DNA of 64,000 bases from Oikopleura dioica. Its lineage: Eukaryota > Animalia > Chordata. The notes beneath the pieces are model-generated. The model worked only from the letters and a program-made list of their open reading frames with translations, made no database searches and was not told the DNA's origin. Numbering within the stretch: the first letter of the stretch is position 1; each line of letters opens with the position of its first letter. Below are positions 33,901 through 47,836 of this stretch, piece after piece. A program made the position numbers and the translations under genes. Location of the stretch: positions 6,572,001-6,636,000 of the forward strand of contig OU015568.1 of the NCBI GenBank assembly GCA_907165135.1, in the 5' to 3' direction.

Positions 33901-36900
33901 ATCTTTTGTTTCTAGGTCCATTGCCATTACTCGTTGAGTGAGAGGATCGACGATCAAAAAGTACCCCTCGTCTGACCATTCCACAATTTCCAAAAAGTCT
34001 CCGGAAAGATAAGAGCCTCCTGACTTCTGGCACGGCACATCGAAATCTCCATAGAAATCAATAGAGACTTCATGATGATCTGGCGACTGAATGATATTTT
34101 CACAGTTGACGTCCGAAACCCGTATCGGCCTAATGGGCTCTTCAGCGGAAATAGAACCGCTCGTTCCTGTATGATATCCGCCACATGCATTTCTAGTATA
34201 GTTTGCCTCCCACCCCCTCACTGCTTTCGATTGGTGATAGACAATCTTCATCACGTTACCGACTGTTTTCGTTGTTGGAGGTTTTGTAGACCCGCAAAAG
34301 AGCTTGAAGACATCATCGTGGCTAATCAAAGTGTCGTATATCGCCACATATGCCTCGAAACAGTCATTTTTTCCGTCGGTTTTGAGATCAAAGCGTAAGA
34401 AATCAAGCATGATTGTGTGCTCTGGCTCAACAGTAAGAGTCCAAATGCAGTCAGTTTTTGTTTCAGTGATTGATGGAGATTCAATCGTTTGCAGAGCATC
34501 TGTGACTTCCAATTCTTCGCCGCAGCCGAGCGTTGGTTGTCGCCAGGAGACCTTGAAGCCTTGGTATTCTCTGTTGTTCGGGCCGGCTTTGAAGAGAAGA
34601 GAGATTGTGTTCGTTGTTGATTTAAATGGAGGCATGGCTTCATAAAAACCACAGTATCTATCGTAATGGCTCCACTCTCCTTCTGGGAAGAACGTTGGTC
34701 CATCTGGATAGCCATTGTGCAGCTCTAAATAGCCATCATCATCGCCTGTGCAGTTTCGTTTCTGATCGCCGTCGATTCCAAAGGGACTTGCAAAGTCGAG
34801 CTTTGCCACCACTCCGGGATCCAGTTTGATGATATACTCGCAAATGTCATCCGATGCGTTGTAAGCCTGAGGATAATTCCAAGACTGAATTGTGCCCGTT
34901 GATCCTTTGAAAACGCCACCGCAGATTTGTCGATAATACGCTTTGAATCCAGGATCTGTGTGAGCAGCGTTCGTGTGGAAGTGAACGATTGCATCAGCTC
35001 CTGTTGTTTTGACCGTGACGTTCTCAGCGTTGCCGCAAGGTAAGAGTGTTGCTTCGTTAGCAGTTGTTGGACCATCATAAACTTTGATGAAATCTGCTCG
35101 GCAATCGTGATCTCTTTCAATTTCGATGATCTCGAAGTTGAATAGAATCGATGCATTGTGGGTCGTTTTGAAATACCAGAAACAGTCCAAATTATTTTGG
35201 TACCCGTTCGGAAAGCCAGGAGAAATGAACGGCAGCCATTCCATTCCAGCAATGACAAGTTCATTTCCACATTCTCCCTGATTAATTGGGTCGGGATACG
35301 GAAAGACTGGAATTTCCCCTGATCCATCAACATGCGTGTAGTTCAGGAAAAAGCCATGGCCTGAGATTTCCGAGTTTGTAACGAGCCTCAATGTCAAAAT
35401 ATTCCCAGAAGAGATGCCCTTTGCTTTTTCTGGATTTTCTTGAAGATAGTCGCCGCAGCCATCGAAAAACTGAGGACTAGAGCCGAGTTCGCCATTGATC
35501 AGCATGAACCTGTCTGTGCAAATGACGTCGAAGAAAGATATCTCGTATCGAATGACACTTGTTGATTTTGCTTGAAGTGTCCAAGTCGCGTCGATTCTCT
35601 GAGGATACAGTCTTGGGTAGAGTGGAGAGGTAATTTGCCCGGCCGGGGACAAAAATGGCTTCGAGGCGCCAGAATTCATCACGAGAGTTCCTTCAAAGCT
35701 GTGTCCAAAGAGAGATCCATCAGAAACGTATCTGATTTCGTATGTCTCGTAATGGTACTGCACAAGCCAGTTTGATGCGTTTTGCTGCTTGTCACAGTAG
35801 ATCAACTCCTCAGAAACGCCATCAAAAGTGGCATTGATCCAAAGATAGTTCCTAGAGCAATCGGGGTTGTTGTTCGTATTGAAGATAAGTGTCAGCTCGA
35901 CTGGATTTCCAGGAGACTGAAAAACGTTCCAAGTACAGTCAGCTTCAATTTGATCAGTCGGAGGGTAGCGAATGTTGCCCGTGATTCCGCTCCAGTCACC
36001 TCCGCAGCGATCTTCTTCCGTGGAATAGTCGAAAGTGAACCCACTTCGTTTATTGTCACCAGAATCGTAGGTAGCGTCAAAAAGTACACGAACAATGGAG
36101 CCTTTTGAGTGATAAGGTCCAGGTGCACTTATTCCGCAATGCTTGTCGATATCGACATCATCGGGCGCAGCACCTTCGAAGATTTGGACATAATGAGCAT
36201 TTTTGCATCCCTCTTCTGTGTGATCAAAATAAGTGTCAAAGTGGTCAAAGTGAAGGAGAACTCGTTCGCCGGGAATCGAAGCTTGAATCGTCCAGGTACA
36301 ATAAGCAGGAGCGACGTAATAACTTGGATAATTTGGCGTCGCGAGAAACTGTTTCGTTCCATTAGCAAAATGATAGCCTCCGCAATTATCATGATAAGCC
36401 AGCTGAAAACCTGTCTTTTCGACGCTACTGTCACTCTTGAACTTGACCAGCGCTCGTGGGCCAGTAGACATGACTCCTTCCGGAAGCTCGTCAGGCTCAT
36501 ACGTTCCACAGAATTTCCCAAGACTTTCATCGTAAATGCTGGCTCCATCAAAGAACTCAACATAATCGGGACAGCTGTAAGTTTTCTCAAGATCCATTGC
36601 AATCCATGAAAATCGAATAATTTTATCACTGTCGGAACCGGGGCTCAGGTCAATTTGCCAAAGACATTCAGTTTTTGGCGGATACAAGCCAGGGAAACCA
36701 GGAGACTGGATCTTTCCGTCGTGCTCGTGAAGCTCTCCGCCGCAGATGCCTGGAACAGAGCGGTAAGTAGCTTTGAATTTGATGCCACTGGTGTATCTCT
36801 GCTCGTTTGCCATCAGAACAACGAGCATTTCTCCTGTATGAGAAGTTAATTTGCTATTTCCAGCACGAGACCAAGTTGCCAGCAAGTTTTTCTCGTCCAT

Positions 36901-39900
36901 GACGCTTCCGATGTACAAATTGACATAGGTCGATGAACTACCGAGGTAAGTTCCAGAAGCCATTGAAATCTCGATCATATTTCCAGTCGTCGTATTTTGA
37001 GGAACCTGTATTTGCCAAAATTGAGCCATATTTTCAGTGATGCCATTTGAGTTGAAATTGAGACTCTGAAGTGTTCCGGACTCTTCGTTTAGTTTCTCAA
37101 AATATCCTTTCGGCTGGTACTGCAGCTCAAAACCAGTTCCAGTCTGAGTAATATCGCTTCGCATCGGAACGAAATCAAAATATACCAGTCCTTTTTCCTC
37201 TTGCACTTCGATTGCATTCGCGGTTTGTCCGCAAAAGCGTGCTTTTCTGTCATTTTTGTTGTAATCTGTGTAGATGTCGAGGTAGTCGCAGTTTTGCTCA
37301 AGCGGGCAGCTGCTATCGCAACCGCCGAGATTGAAATTGTTGAAAGAAATGTCGATGTTGAAACCGGGGGAGAAATAGACAATCCAGTAGGTGTTTTGAA
37401 GTGGATAGTGGCCTGGGTAGTTGTGTGATTGAATCAAACCTTCTAGTGCCAAGCTGATTTCGTTAAATCGAACAGTCGACCAATGCAGCTTGAAGCCTCG
37501 TTCATTATTGCTGTTTGACATATCCGAGTGCATTTCAATCGCAACGACGGAAGAGTTCGATCTTACTGGATCATCGCCGCCTTCTGTTCCACACAGTCGG
37601 TCGGTAAGAGCAAATGAAGTGGTTGTTGGCCCATCGAAGAATTGGACCCAATCGCGTGTGCAACCATGAGAAGTGCCCGTCTCCAAGAAAAAGTCGTCAA
37701 ATTCGAAAAGGATCGCCGACCCAGCATTAGTTGTGACGATCCAAAGACAATCCATGTTGTTCTCATATCCACTTGGCCAACCAGGGCTGGAAAGAATTCC
37801 TTCTGTTCCAGTTCCAGTGCCGCCGCAAGTGCCCAGTTCTGATTCCCACTTCAGCTTGAACTTGTTTGGCGAGTCTGGATTGGTGTCAAGTCCATCAGAG
37901 CTTGAATCTGATACAAAATGGAACAAAAGAGTATTCATGGCGGAGTGAATCGGTTCATCATTTTGATGCGGTGGAGAGTTAGTGCTTCCATACGCGCCGC
38001 AGTATTTTCCGATCAGAAGGTTCTCGCTGCTGCCACCATCGTGGATCGACATAGAGTCAATAGAGCAGTCAGAAGATGGTCGAAGATTGAATTCAGGAAA
38101 GAAAGCGTCGATTTGATGACCCACGAGGACTTTGATGGTGATGAAACAGTCCAAAGATGGTCGATAAGAGCCAGGATATCCAGGCGAAAGATGAACACCG
38201 TCCGGCGTTTGAATTACTCTCGAACAGACAAAATCTGGATGCACTTGTCGGTATGCAAGCTCGAAGCCTTCGTATGCTGTCGAGAAATCAGTATGGAACT
38301 TCATCGTCAAGTATTCAGAGCTCGAATGGATCATATCTGGCGGATCTCTGCAAAATTTGCCGAGGAAGGTTGGATCATCGGTTGTGTTGCCGACGACGGG
38401 AGCATCCCAGATTGCGAGGTAATCAGTGCAAGTCGAGTAGCCTTCTAATTTCAAATAAATGAACTCCAGTTCTATCAAATTTCCAGAGTCTCCTCGAATA
38501 AAATAAACACAGTCGAGATTATGCGGATATGGCTGAGGATATCCAGGGGATCGAATAAAACCACTATCACCAGTGAAGGTTTGTCCGCAGCCTTCATAAT
38601 CGAACGTCGTTTTGAGCAAGAAACCGTGATCATCTTCAGATGGAATATGATTAAACATCATGAAGATGTTTCTGCCGGAAGAAAAGATCGTTTCTGGAAT
38701 CTCATTGCCGCATAAATATCCTAACTGAGGGCTCCCTCCATTTGGCCCATCGTGAATTGTAAGAGAGCTTTTACCGGGGCAGTACGAGTCCAAGCTAAGA
38801 GCGAAAACTTCAAAATTGAGCTGGATAATTTGGTTTTCTGGCGCTGTAATGTAATAAGAGCACATCTTCGCGAACGGTATCGTATTGGGAAAATACGGCG
38901 AGGAAATGTAGGTCTCGGTGAAATACGAACCGCCGCAGGTGGTCTCCCAAGATCCTTTAAAACCTTTACCGTGGTTCGATCGATCCGACTTGAATTCAAT
39001 CACCATCGTATTTTTATGAGAAACGATCGTTCCCGGCAGTTCTCGGCAAGTTTTGTTCTCGCAAATTGCATCGTTGAAATCGGCCTTATGGTAGCCGCAG
39101 AAAACGATTTGTTCTGGATCTCCTTTGTGGTCGAATCCTTTGAAGACCTTGAGCGAGTCCCATTTGCATCCGTAAGAGTAAGAATCCTCCATGTCAATCT
39201 CATCGAATGTGAATCCCACATGATCATGCATGCCCACTGTAATGCTCCAGAAACAGTACTCATCGGCTCCGTAACCTGGGTCTGGGTAGTTCACGCTCAT
39301 GAGAACTCCAGCATCTTCCTCAAGATTTTCCCCGCACTCGTTTTCCGTCGGCATTGGAACAAGTCCCAACTCGAAACCTTTATTGAAAGAGTTCATTCCC
39401 GAAGTACTAAAGATCACATAAGCGATTGGCGTTTCCGTACTCAGAGTAGCGTCGCTTGTCGTGTTACAAATCTGACCAAGACGGGTTTCAGTCTGCAGTC
39501 CGTCGTAAACCTCGACTTGATCTTCGCACCGACCAGAGTAAAGATCAATATTTGTAAACGTCAGTTGTAGTTTTTCTTGCGGATCTGCTTCGAAGACCCA
39601 GACGCACTCGATAAATGGATTATATGGTTGAGGATAGACCGGAAGTGAGAGCTGAGCAGGTCCATTTACGCGAATAACTCCGCCGCATTTTGTCTCTTCC
39701 TGCACCCACGACATGGTGAAACCAGTGTATTGATTGTTGTTGGAGCTGTCAGCAGCGAAGACCACTTGTAATCTGTTGGTGTAAGTATTGTTTACTTGGG
39801 GAATGATATTGCCGCAGTATTTGATCGCATTTTCCTCCTCATCTCCATCAATGAGTTCAACGTAGGTAAAGCAAGTCGATCCATGCTTCGGTGGCAAATC

Positions 39901-41356
39901 AAACTTGGAGAAATCCATTGAAATCCCGAATCCGCCATCAACAACGATGCTCCAAATGCATTTAGTGTTCGGTGAATAATAATCAATTCCTGTTGGATAA
40001 TCAATCACTCCACTAGATTCTTCAATGTCTCCACCGCATTGTCCAGCAGGCAAGTTGCAAATTTTACCCGTCCAGTCATCGGGACAAGTGCATCTGAAAT
40101 CAGTTCCGCCGTTGATAGTCTCGCACTCTGCATTATGAAAACAAGGGTTGGGTTTGCAAGGATCGCCTCGTTCGTCACAGTGAGTTCCCGCCCAGCCTTG
40201 GTAGCAGATACAGACAGGGGAGCCGTTCTGAATGAGACAGACTCCATTGTTGCATTCAAGATTGCAGTCGATTGGGTCTGGCCCAGGTCCATCAGCTTTG
40301 CATCCATCCGGGCCAATACCATTTCCAGAGTAGCCATGACCGCATTTACAAGAGAACTCGCCGTTGTTGTCGGTACAAGTAGCAAATGGGGAACAAGGGT
40401 TACTATCGCAAGCAGAGTGTTTTCTGCAAAATCGTCCGTCACCTTCATATCCATTCGGACACTCGCCACAACTGGTTCCAGTCGAAGATTTGCGACAAGA
40501 AACTTTTGGATTTTGGCTGCAGCCACCATTGTTAATGCTACAGTAATCGACGGATTCACATGCGACGCCATTTCCTGCCATTCCAGTTGGGCAAGCTCCG
40601 CAGCTGTAGGATCCAATGTTGTCAATGCAGTCAACTCCTGGGTAGCACAAGTGCGCTCCAGTTGCACACTCGTCGATATTTTCGCAAGTCTTTTTGTTCT
40701 CATCGTATTCGAATCCTTTTTGGCAGATGCAGGAGTACTTAGCTGTGCCAGGATGAGTTCTGACTCCGTCCACGCAAAAACCATGTGGGCCACATTCATC
40801 TCCTTTCGGACAATCGTCATGTTTTGACTCGCAATGAGTTCCGTAAAATTCCGCTGGGCAGGTGCATGAAAATCTCTCCGGCGGTTTCGAATTAAAACAA
40901 GTCCCACCGTTCAAGCAAGTGTAAACGCCATGGTCAGTGCATTCGTTGTAGTCGTCCTGGCAGGTAGATCCGGTCCAGCCGTGAGCGCACTGGCAGCTGA
41001 AGCCGGTATTGCCACTGATGCAAGTTGCTCCGTTGTGGCAGTTGTTCGAAGAGCAATGATTGACTTTGAGGCCATCGACATCGCTGTTTAGCTGGTCGAT
41101 GTCTTCTGCGACTTGGGCGAAATCTTTGTTGTTGATCAGAACCGTCCCTGTCTGTTTTTACAGTTAGATAATAGATTTCGATTTCTGAAAGAAAAAAACT
41201 TTGCTAACTTCCCTGATCAGTAACAAATAAAATATCCTTGCCATTGCCAGGTTCAAATCGAAGGTTGCCATTGACAGAATTGACTCTTGGCTGCGAATCA
41301 AGCTGCGCTAGAATCGGATTTAAAACGAGAATGAAGAGCCTTTTCAAGCGCTTCAT
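27948..41356 (-). CDS. CUBN: Cubilin orthologue: signal peptide, N-terminal stalk, 8 EGF and 27 CUB domains, with two domain insertions
   Basis: MKRLKRLFILVLNPILAQLDSQPRVNSVNGNLRF resembles the cubilin N-terminus. A manual count gives 8 EGF repeats and 27 CUB domains when the split CUB25 is counted once. The giant exon is 30796-41151, and the stop follows GFKINWYQKV. Confidence 0.92.
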
Positions 41357-41479
41357 TTATGATAATTATTTCTCTTTTTTGAGAAGAGTGAAATTAGAAG
41401 CGAGCGCATCAGTGTTAGTGCTGCACTGCTAAATACAAATAGAAAATGCGTGAACATGCTTTATCATTATTCAATAAAA

Positions 41480-42250
41480 TCACCATTCGAAGGTGATTTT
41501 TCCCAGCTCTGCAGTCGTGACGGTCGACAACACGGAGAGCACTTTCAAGGCAAGTTTGTGGTCCCGCTTGTCCTCAAGCTCGATGTAGGCGAAGCTCTGT
41601 TGAGTTTTGACGTGAAGAGCGACTTTCAATTCCAAAAAAAGGCCCTTGACTCCGTTGTCGACCAGAATCTTCTTGATCGAATCCGCTTGCACGCCGTTTG
41701 GAACGCCACTAATCCAGATGCCGTTCTTGACTCCAGTCGCTGGAGATGCAGCCCCAGCTTCATTCTCAGCGTTTTCGGCCGGCTCTTCTTCTTCATCCAA
41801 GTCCTCCGCCGGTGAGCTTTGATCAACATTCATCGGAACAGGAACGTGTCCTAGAAAATCATCAGCTATTACGATCCCTTTTCTTTTTTATTTACCAGGG
41901 TCTTCTTCGGTCATTTCCGCGACCACATTTTCATCTTCATTTGCCGCAAGCATCTTTTGTTCTTTGGCTCGGGCTAAACGAAATGAAGCTTTCGATAAAA
42001 CGATGATGACTCCTACCTTTGCATCCCTTATTTCCACGATGCTGCAGCATCCTATACTTTTCGCGGAATGCATGGCCACAGATATCGCAGGCAAAGGGCT
42101 TTTCTCCACTATGGATCATCTGATGTCTTGCCATGTCGCGTCCCGCCCGAAACTTCTTTCCACAGGTGGAGCACTGAAAAAATTGTTTCTGAGATCTCTC
42201 AGTCTCGTGTCTACCTCTTCCATGATTTTTCCCATATCTCTACTGTAGAA
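41480..42250 (-). CDS. Two C2H2 zinc fingers + acidic linker + C-terminal RRM-like domain (5' end unresolved; may include 42283-42612)
   Basis: CSTCGKKFRAGRDMARHQMIH-SGEKP-FACDICGHAFREKYRMLQH, spliced in frame to ..GIWISGVPNGV..QSFAYIELED (RNP2/RNP1-like). Confidence 0.7.
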
Positions 42251-42949
42251 AAACAAAATTTCAAAAAATAATTTAAGCGGAGATGAATCCGCTTGATCGC
42301 CGGTTCCAGCGAGATGTCTCCGAACGAGGAGTCATTTGAATCTAGAAAGAAGAAGATCCAAATTTTATGGTTTTCAGATTAAAAAAAATCAAGAAAAAAC
42401 TTGACGTTTCTTTCCTCTTCCGAAAAGCTTCGAAATGTACATCCGAATTGATCAAAAGGCTGAACTCGCCTAAAACCAACTGATTCGTTCATTTTCTTCT
42501 GTAATGTCATAAAAGCTGAACCCCGGAACCCGCCAAACTCAAATCCTTTTGGCATTTCCTCGCGATCTGGCTTGGAAAATTCACTCTTCACAGCTTCAAA
42601 AATATAAGACAATGTCTACCTCTTCAGAGAAAAGCGCCTTCAACTACAGTAAGCAATGAAATAAAGTTCTTTCTATTAAGACTTAGAAATTAAGACATAT
42701 TCGAGTCGCTGTCAGACAGAATAATAATCCTACTGCAGATCACTTGCATCCTGCAAATCATGTTTCTGATTTTCTACTGCTCTAGAACTTATACCAATAA
42801 AAGATAGCCTGCATTTTATGATCAATTATTTCGAAAAGAAAGTCAGAAGAAAAGAGGCTTCCTTCATCAATTTTTGATTTCAAGAATGTCTAATTTTATT
42901 TGTCAAAATCGGTGTGTTGTATTGCACTAGAATTGAAAGCAGGCGATAG

Positions 42950-43477
<528 letters not shown>

Positions 43478-43668
43478 CTTTGCGAGTTTTTTTATTTACT
43501 CTTTCTAAATAGATAAAATTCTAGCGCTAGTTTAGAAAAATATTTTAGTCAACATAAAAAAAATAAACAATCACGGTATGAAACAGAAAGCAGATTGAAA
43601 AAGAGCACTTTTGGGAATTGAAAAATTTGAATAAGAAATTGATTTACAGAGAAGAGAGGGTTGGAATG

Positions 43669-45506
43669 TTACTGTTCTACGTAGACCTTTCTTTTGGAGA
43701 AAGTTTTGATGGCTTCGTCGAGTTCGTAGATTTCGCGCTCGAGGTTTTCTTTACGATGCTTGTAGGCCAGACTGTCGCATTGGCGAACTGGAAGGGTTGC
43801 TAGCTGAGCTTCGTAGTCCGCAAGAGCTAGAAAAAGGCGGTTATTGATGAAATGATATTATTGGCCAGGATGAAATTTCAAGGGATCTGATTGGCTGTAT
43901 CTAGAAAAATAGAGTGGCTATCGCTAGAATTTAATTTAACGCAATTTTATTGGCTAAAAATTGCAATGAGCTATTCTTATTGGTTAGAAATCAACAAACA
44001 ACGATCTTATTGGCCAAAAGAAAATTGGAGACTTGAAAGTAAAAACAAACCTTTTTGAAGCTTTTCCAGCGTTTCTCGTCGTTGAGCCTCTGGAAGAAGC
44101 ACGTGACCTGGCGGACACATTGGATCAGGATGAGTTCTAGCGTATTCCTCTTCCTTTACTCGTTGCAGTTCCTTTTTTCTTTCTTGCAAGCTAAAAAGTC
44201 GCTAGAAAGTGCGGTTTTCGTCAACCTTACTATTGAGGAACTGTCCCGCGAATCTGAAGATCATAAAATTCTTGAGCTCGTTTTTTCTCTTCATTAATTT
44301 TCTCTACATGAGCCACATTCTTCGTCTTTTTAATTTTATTCTCCGCATTCCACGCATTTCTAGCATTTTTCGCGATAAAGTCTCTTCAAAATCGGCTCAA
44401 AAACGAAATTCTCTTTTGAAAAATTGTGTTTTTGGTCAAAAAACGAGATTTTCGAGCCATTTTCTGGATTTGGCTGGGGCCGAGCTCGGACGTGGTGCGT
44501 TTTGCGTGGGCGGCCGCTGCCACGTATTGTCGATTTGGACGCGCGGCTCCACCGCCGCGTATTTTCCGCTGCGCCAAAGCGCTTTCACGGGCGTCGCGCT
44601 GACCTGAAATCGTTTATGAGCTTTTTTCCTCTTTAGAACTTTTCAGATTTCGAAAGGGCGTGAAAAATTTCTAGAATCTCGGGTGAGCATAATTTTAGAA
44701 ATGGTGGAGAGTGGGGGCCCCCACTTAGGGGGTCGTGGAGCCAATAACAACCGAGCTATCCCCCATGAACCCCCCCTCTCCAACATTAAGCCCACCCTAG
44801 TTCTGGAACAAACTCCCTCGTTTCTCACCTTATTTCTCTCATTCGCCCTTGCTTTCTTCTGAATAAGCCGCATCCTCTGAATATTCGCCTGAATATGATT
44901 CTTTGGTTTTGGAACTTCTCGCAATCCATTTTCAATGTTCTTCCTTCTCGCATCTTCATAACTCTCCGCCATCATTTTCCCCACATTTCCATGTTGTCCA
45001 AGTTCCGCGTTTCCCCCTGCTTCTGGCTTTACTCGTGGCACTATCACTGCTACTGTCTTGTCTGGCGAATGCTCGGTGATCGTTTGCGTGACTGACTCTT
45101 GAATGGTAGCTGGCTCTTGGAAGGATTGAGTGACGAAGGCGCGATTTGGAAGATCTTGGGTGAGAACACCTGCCATTCCAGCGCCACTTGCTCGGCGCTT
45201 GTTTGCTTCTGCTTCTGGCTTGACTCGGGGAACTGTGGATAATTGAGTGGTCACCAGAAGGTTTTGAAAGCCGGGAATTGGGTTGGCTTCCCTTCGACTC
45301 GCTGAAAGCAAGTTGAAAATTTAAATTGAAATCAAGGATGAGAATCTACCTGGAGATGGAGCTGTAGCGGGTCGGCGCTGACTGTAAATCATGGCCGAAT
45401 GCATCCCCTGGCCCTGATGCCTCCTTGCATTCAACACCGCATCATGTCGCAATCGAGGGCCCTTGATATCGTCTCCTATTCCGATGACTACTGGCCCGCC
45501 GGACAT
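43669..45506 (-). CDS. ENKD1: Enkurin domain-containing protein 1-like
   Basis: KNHIQANIQRMRLIQKK, HPDPMCPPGHVLLPEAQRRETLEKL and the terminal exon DSLAYKHRKENLEREIYELDEAIKTFSKRKVYVEQ* match the enkurin domain. Confidence 0.8.
43860..44013 (-). promoter_or_regulatory. Five CCAAT boxes at ~30-bp period in the last ENKD1 intron
   Basis: ATTGG on the + strand, with the TGG at 43862, 43892, 43951, 43981 and 44011. Confidence 0.45.
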
Positions 45507-45830
45507 GTCCCAATTCTTCAAATGTTCAAGAGTTAATGAGGTGTTATTTACATTTTTATTCGTTTTTTGAATTGATTGGATAAAATTATATTCTGCGAGA
45601 ATAATAGTTATTTAAAATATTAATAATATTAAATAATACTTATTATTGTCAACTTTGAAAGTTTTGGATCAGAGGAATCAGAGGTAGAGGGCTAGAAAAT
45701 GAACGCACAAATATACAGAAATTGATGAATAAAGGAAGAATAGAAGAGTGACTTGCAAACTTGCGAATTTTTTTCTAGGTAGAGGCTTGATAGAGTTGGA
45801 AGGGACGAAATTTATTAGATAGGGATTGAG

Positions 45831-47281
45831 TTAGAGGTTTGAACTCGCCGAGTTGATAGAGTTTACTGTTAAGCTGTTTGGAAAAGTTTTACGTGTTTTT
45901 CGCGGCTGGAATGAGTAATATTGCAAGAAGACAACTGTGGTGATGAAGATGCCGATGAGGCCACCGACGATGACGTCGCTCCCGTGATGCCTGTAGTCTT
46001 GAGTTCTACTGACGCCGACGTAGATTCCAGGGAGGAAGAAACAGAAGAGAAACGCGCTGCCGACCGAGGAGCCTGGGAAAGGAATAGACTCTTCTCCGTA
46101 TGATAGCTTCAGGGATGAACTCCAGCGCCGCAGCCAGTAGAAAGAGTACAACGCGCTAAGGACCGAAATAGAGATTAAGAAGAGAGAACTCTCGCTTACC
46201 AAAAAGTAGAGCCCGCGAAAGCCATCGAGGTATGTCCAGAGGGGAATGATTTTCGCCCTCCCTTCTGAATCAGCTCCAAGTTTTCGTCGTTAGTCAATCC
46301 ATTCACCACGCAATCTTTCTCGTGGTCGACGAGAGGAGGCACATCTTCAATGTAAATCATGTTTTGACCAGGAATAGAGTTGTTGAGACGTCTGCTTGGA
46401 AGAGTGTACCAAGAGTCAAGATCAGTTCTGGTTGAATAACATCTTGACAGGAAGTCGGGCCTTGGTCTTCCGTATTCAGTCTGATAGAGCTTTACAATTT
46501 GCTATCCTGAAATTATGGCAATAATTCTGAAAAGCTTTCCTTGATGATGTCTGTAATTAGTTGCACTAGAATGTAGGACATACTCGCTGCCAAAAGCGCA
46601 ATCATGTATTCAACGAAAACACGAGAAATCCAATTGCTTGTGTTTTTATTATCTTTATTTCTCGCGTACTTTTTTCGCCATCTTCGACTGGCATGATCTG
46701 TGCGGCAAAGGTTGAATAGCACGACGAGCGTGACTAAAATGGTTGGCCCTAAAATGACGAAGAGGACCACCCCGGAGAATGGAATCGACGATGAGTCTTT
46801 GTGTGGATAGTTGTAGTTGTGCCACTCAGTGACTTAGAAAATGAAGTTCGGGGTTAAATATAGCGTGAGCTTACCTTCAATTTGCCTCTGAAATGGAATG
46901 CGTATTTCCGAGAAGTAAAAAATCACCCCTCCAAGAACAACTCTCAAAGCAATTTCCCATATCCAGCTGATGCTCTTCAATTCCACTTTGAAAGCCGACT
47001 TTTCGCTGGATTTAAAAACAATTTCCTCCATAAAATAATAAAAAATACTCTTTTTCTTCAGTTCACGTAAAAAATTGGCTATAAAAAGAGCAACATGGAG
47101 GAACGTAATTATGTTTGATCCGCTCCTGCTGCGGCATTCTCCTTGACGTACGATTTGGAATTAGAGCTAAAAATACGCTGTCAGAAAAGCGGTCTTTTTG
47201 TTTGGATTGATTACCCTCATTTTCAGAAGAAAAGTGAATCGTATTTAAGTTTTTCTGGATCGATGAAGACTCAAGAGTCAT
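45831..47281 (-). CDS. PAP2-family phospholipid phosphatase (PLPP4/5-like)
   Basis: Catalytic motifs K..GRPRPDFLSRC, KSFPSGH and SRTQDYRHHGSDV, plus several transmembrane segments. Confidence 0.9.
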
Positions 47282-47836
47282 TCCATACCTGGGCTCAAGA
47301 ATCCCAACGTAGCTAGGACTAGCTTAATCTGAAATTTATTATGCTGAGGTTACGCTTTTTCCGTGGGTGATATAAATACAATATTAAGTATTGAGTAGTC
47401 TTTTCTATAAAACAAGGAAAAAAGAAGAGAAAGAGAGAGAGATCTGTGAGTTTAACCTATTTACAGGCGTTTTTAAAAACTGAAGAAGAGGGCTCATTTC
47501 ACTTTTTCAATAATAATTAAATTGCATCTTCTACAAATGCATCTCTCGATAACGAATTTTTCCATCCTGGGCACTGATTGGTCGGTAGAAAATGCGTTAT
47601 TATGAGATGCATTTGTATCTCGTCTTCTCGTCTTTGAAACAATATTAGTGAGCGTCCATGATTTGAGGACAACGATGATGAAAAATTAGAGTTTAAAAAA
47701 TATGGACTCAGACTGAAAGCAGCATTTTTATCAGAGTGAGTGGCAGCGTGAATAAAAAAGAATGATAACTGGGGCAGGGAAAACGTGAGTCTGTATCTAT
47801 TAGGTGGTGATAAACGAGAATGTTCAAAATTCAAAT

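Noticed and set aside
31422-40907. Many 60-300-aa ORFs overlapping cubilin (e.g. 38752-39570 +, 40005-40907 -, 40039-40827 +)
   Set aside because: Antisense or alternate-frame shadows of a long coding exon with no independent motifs.
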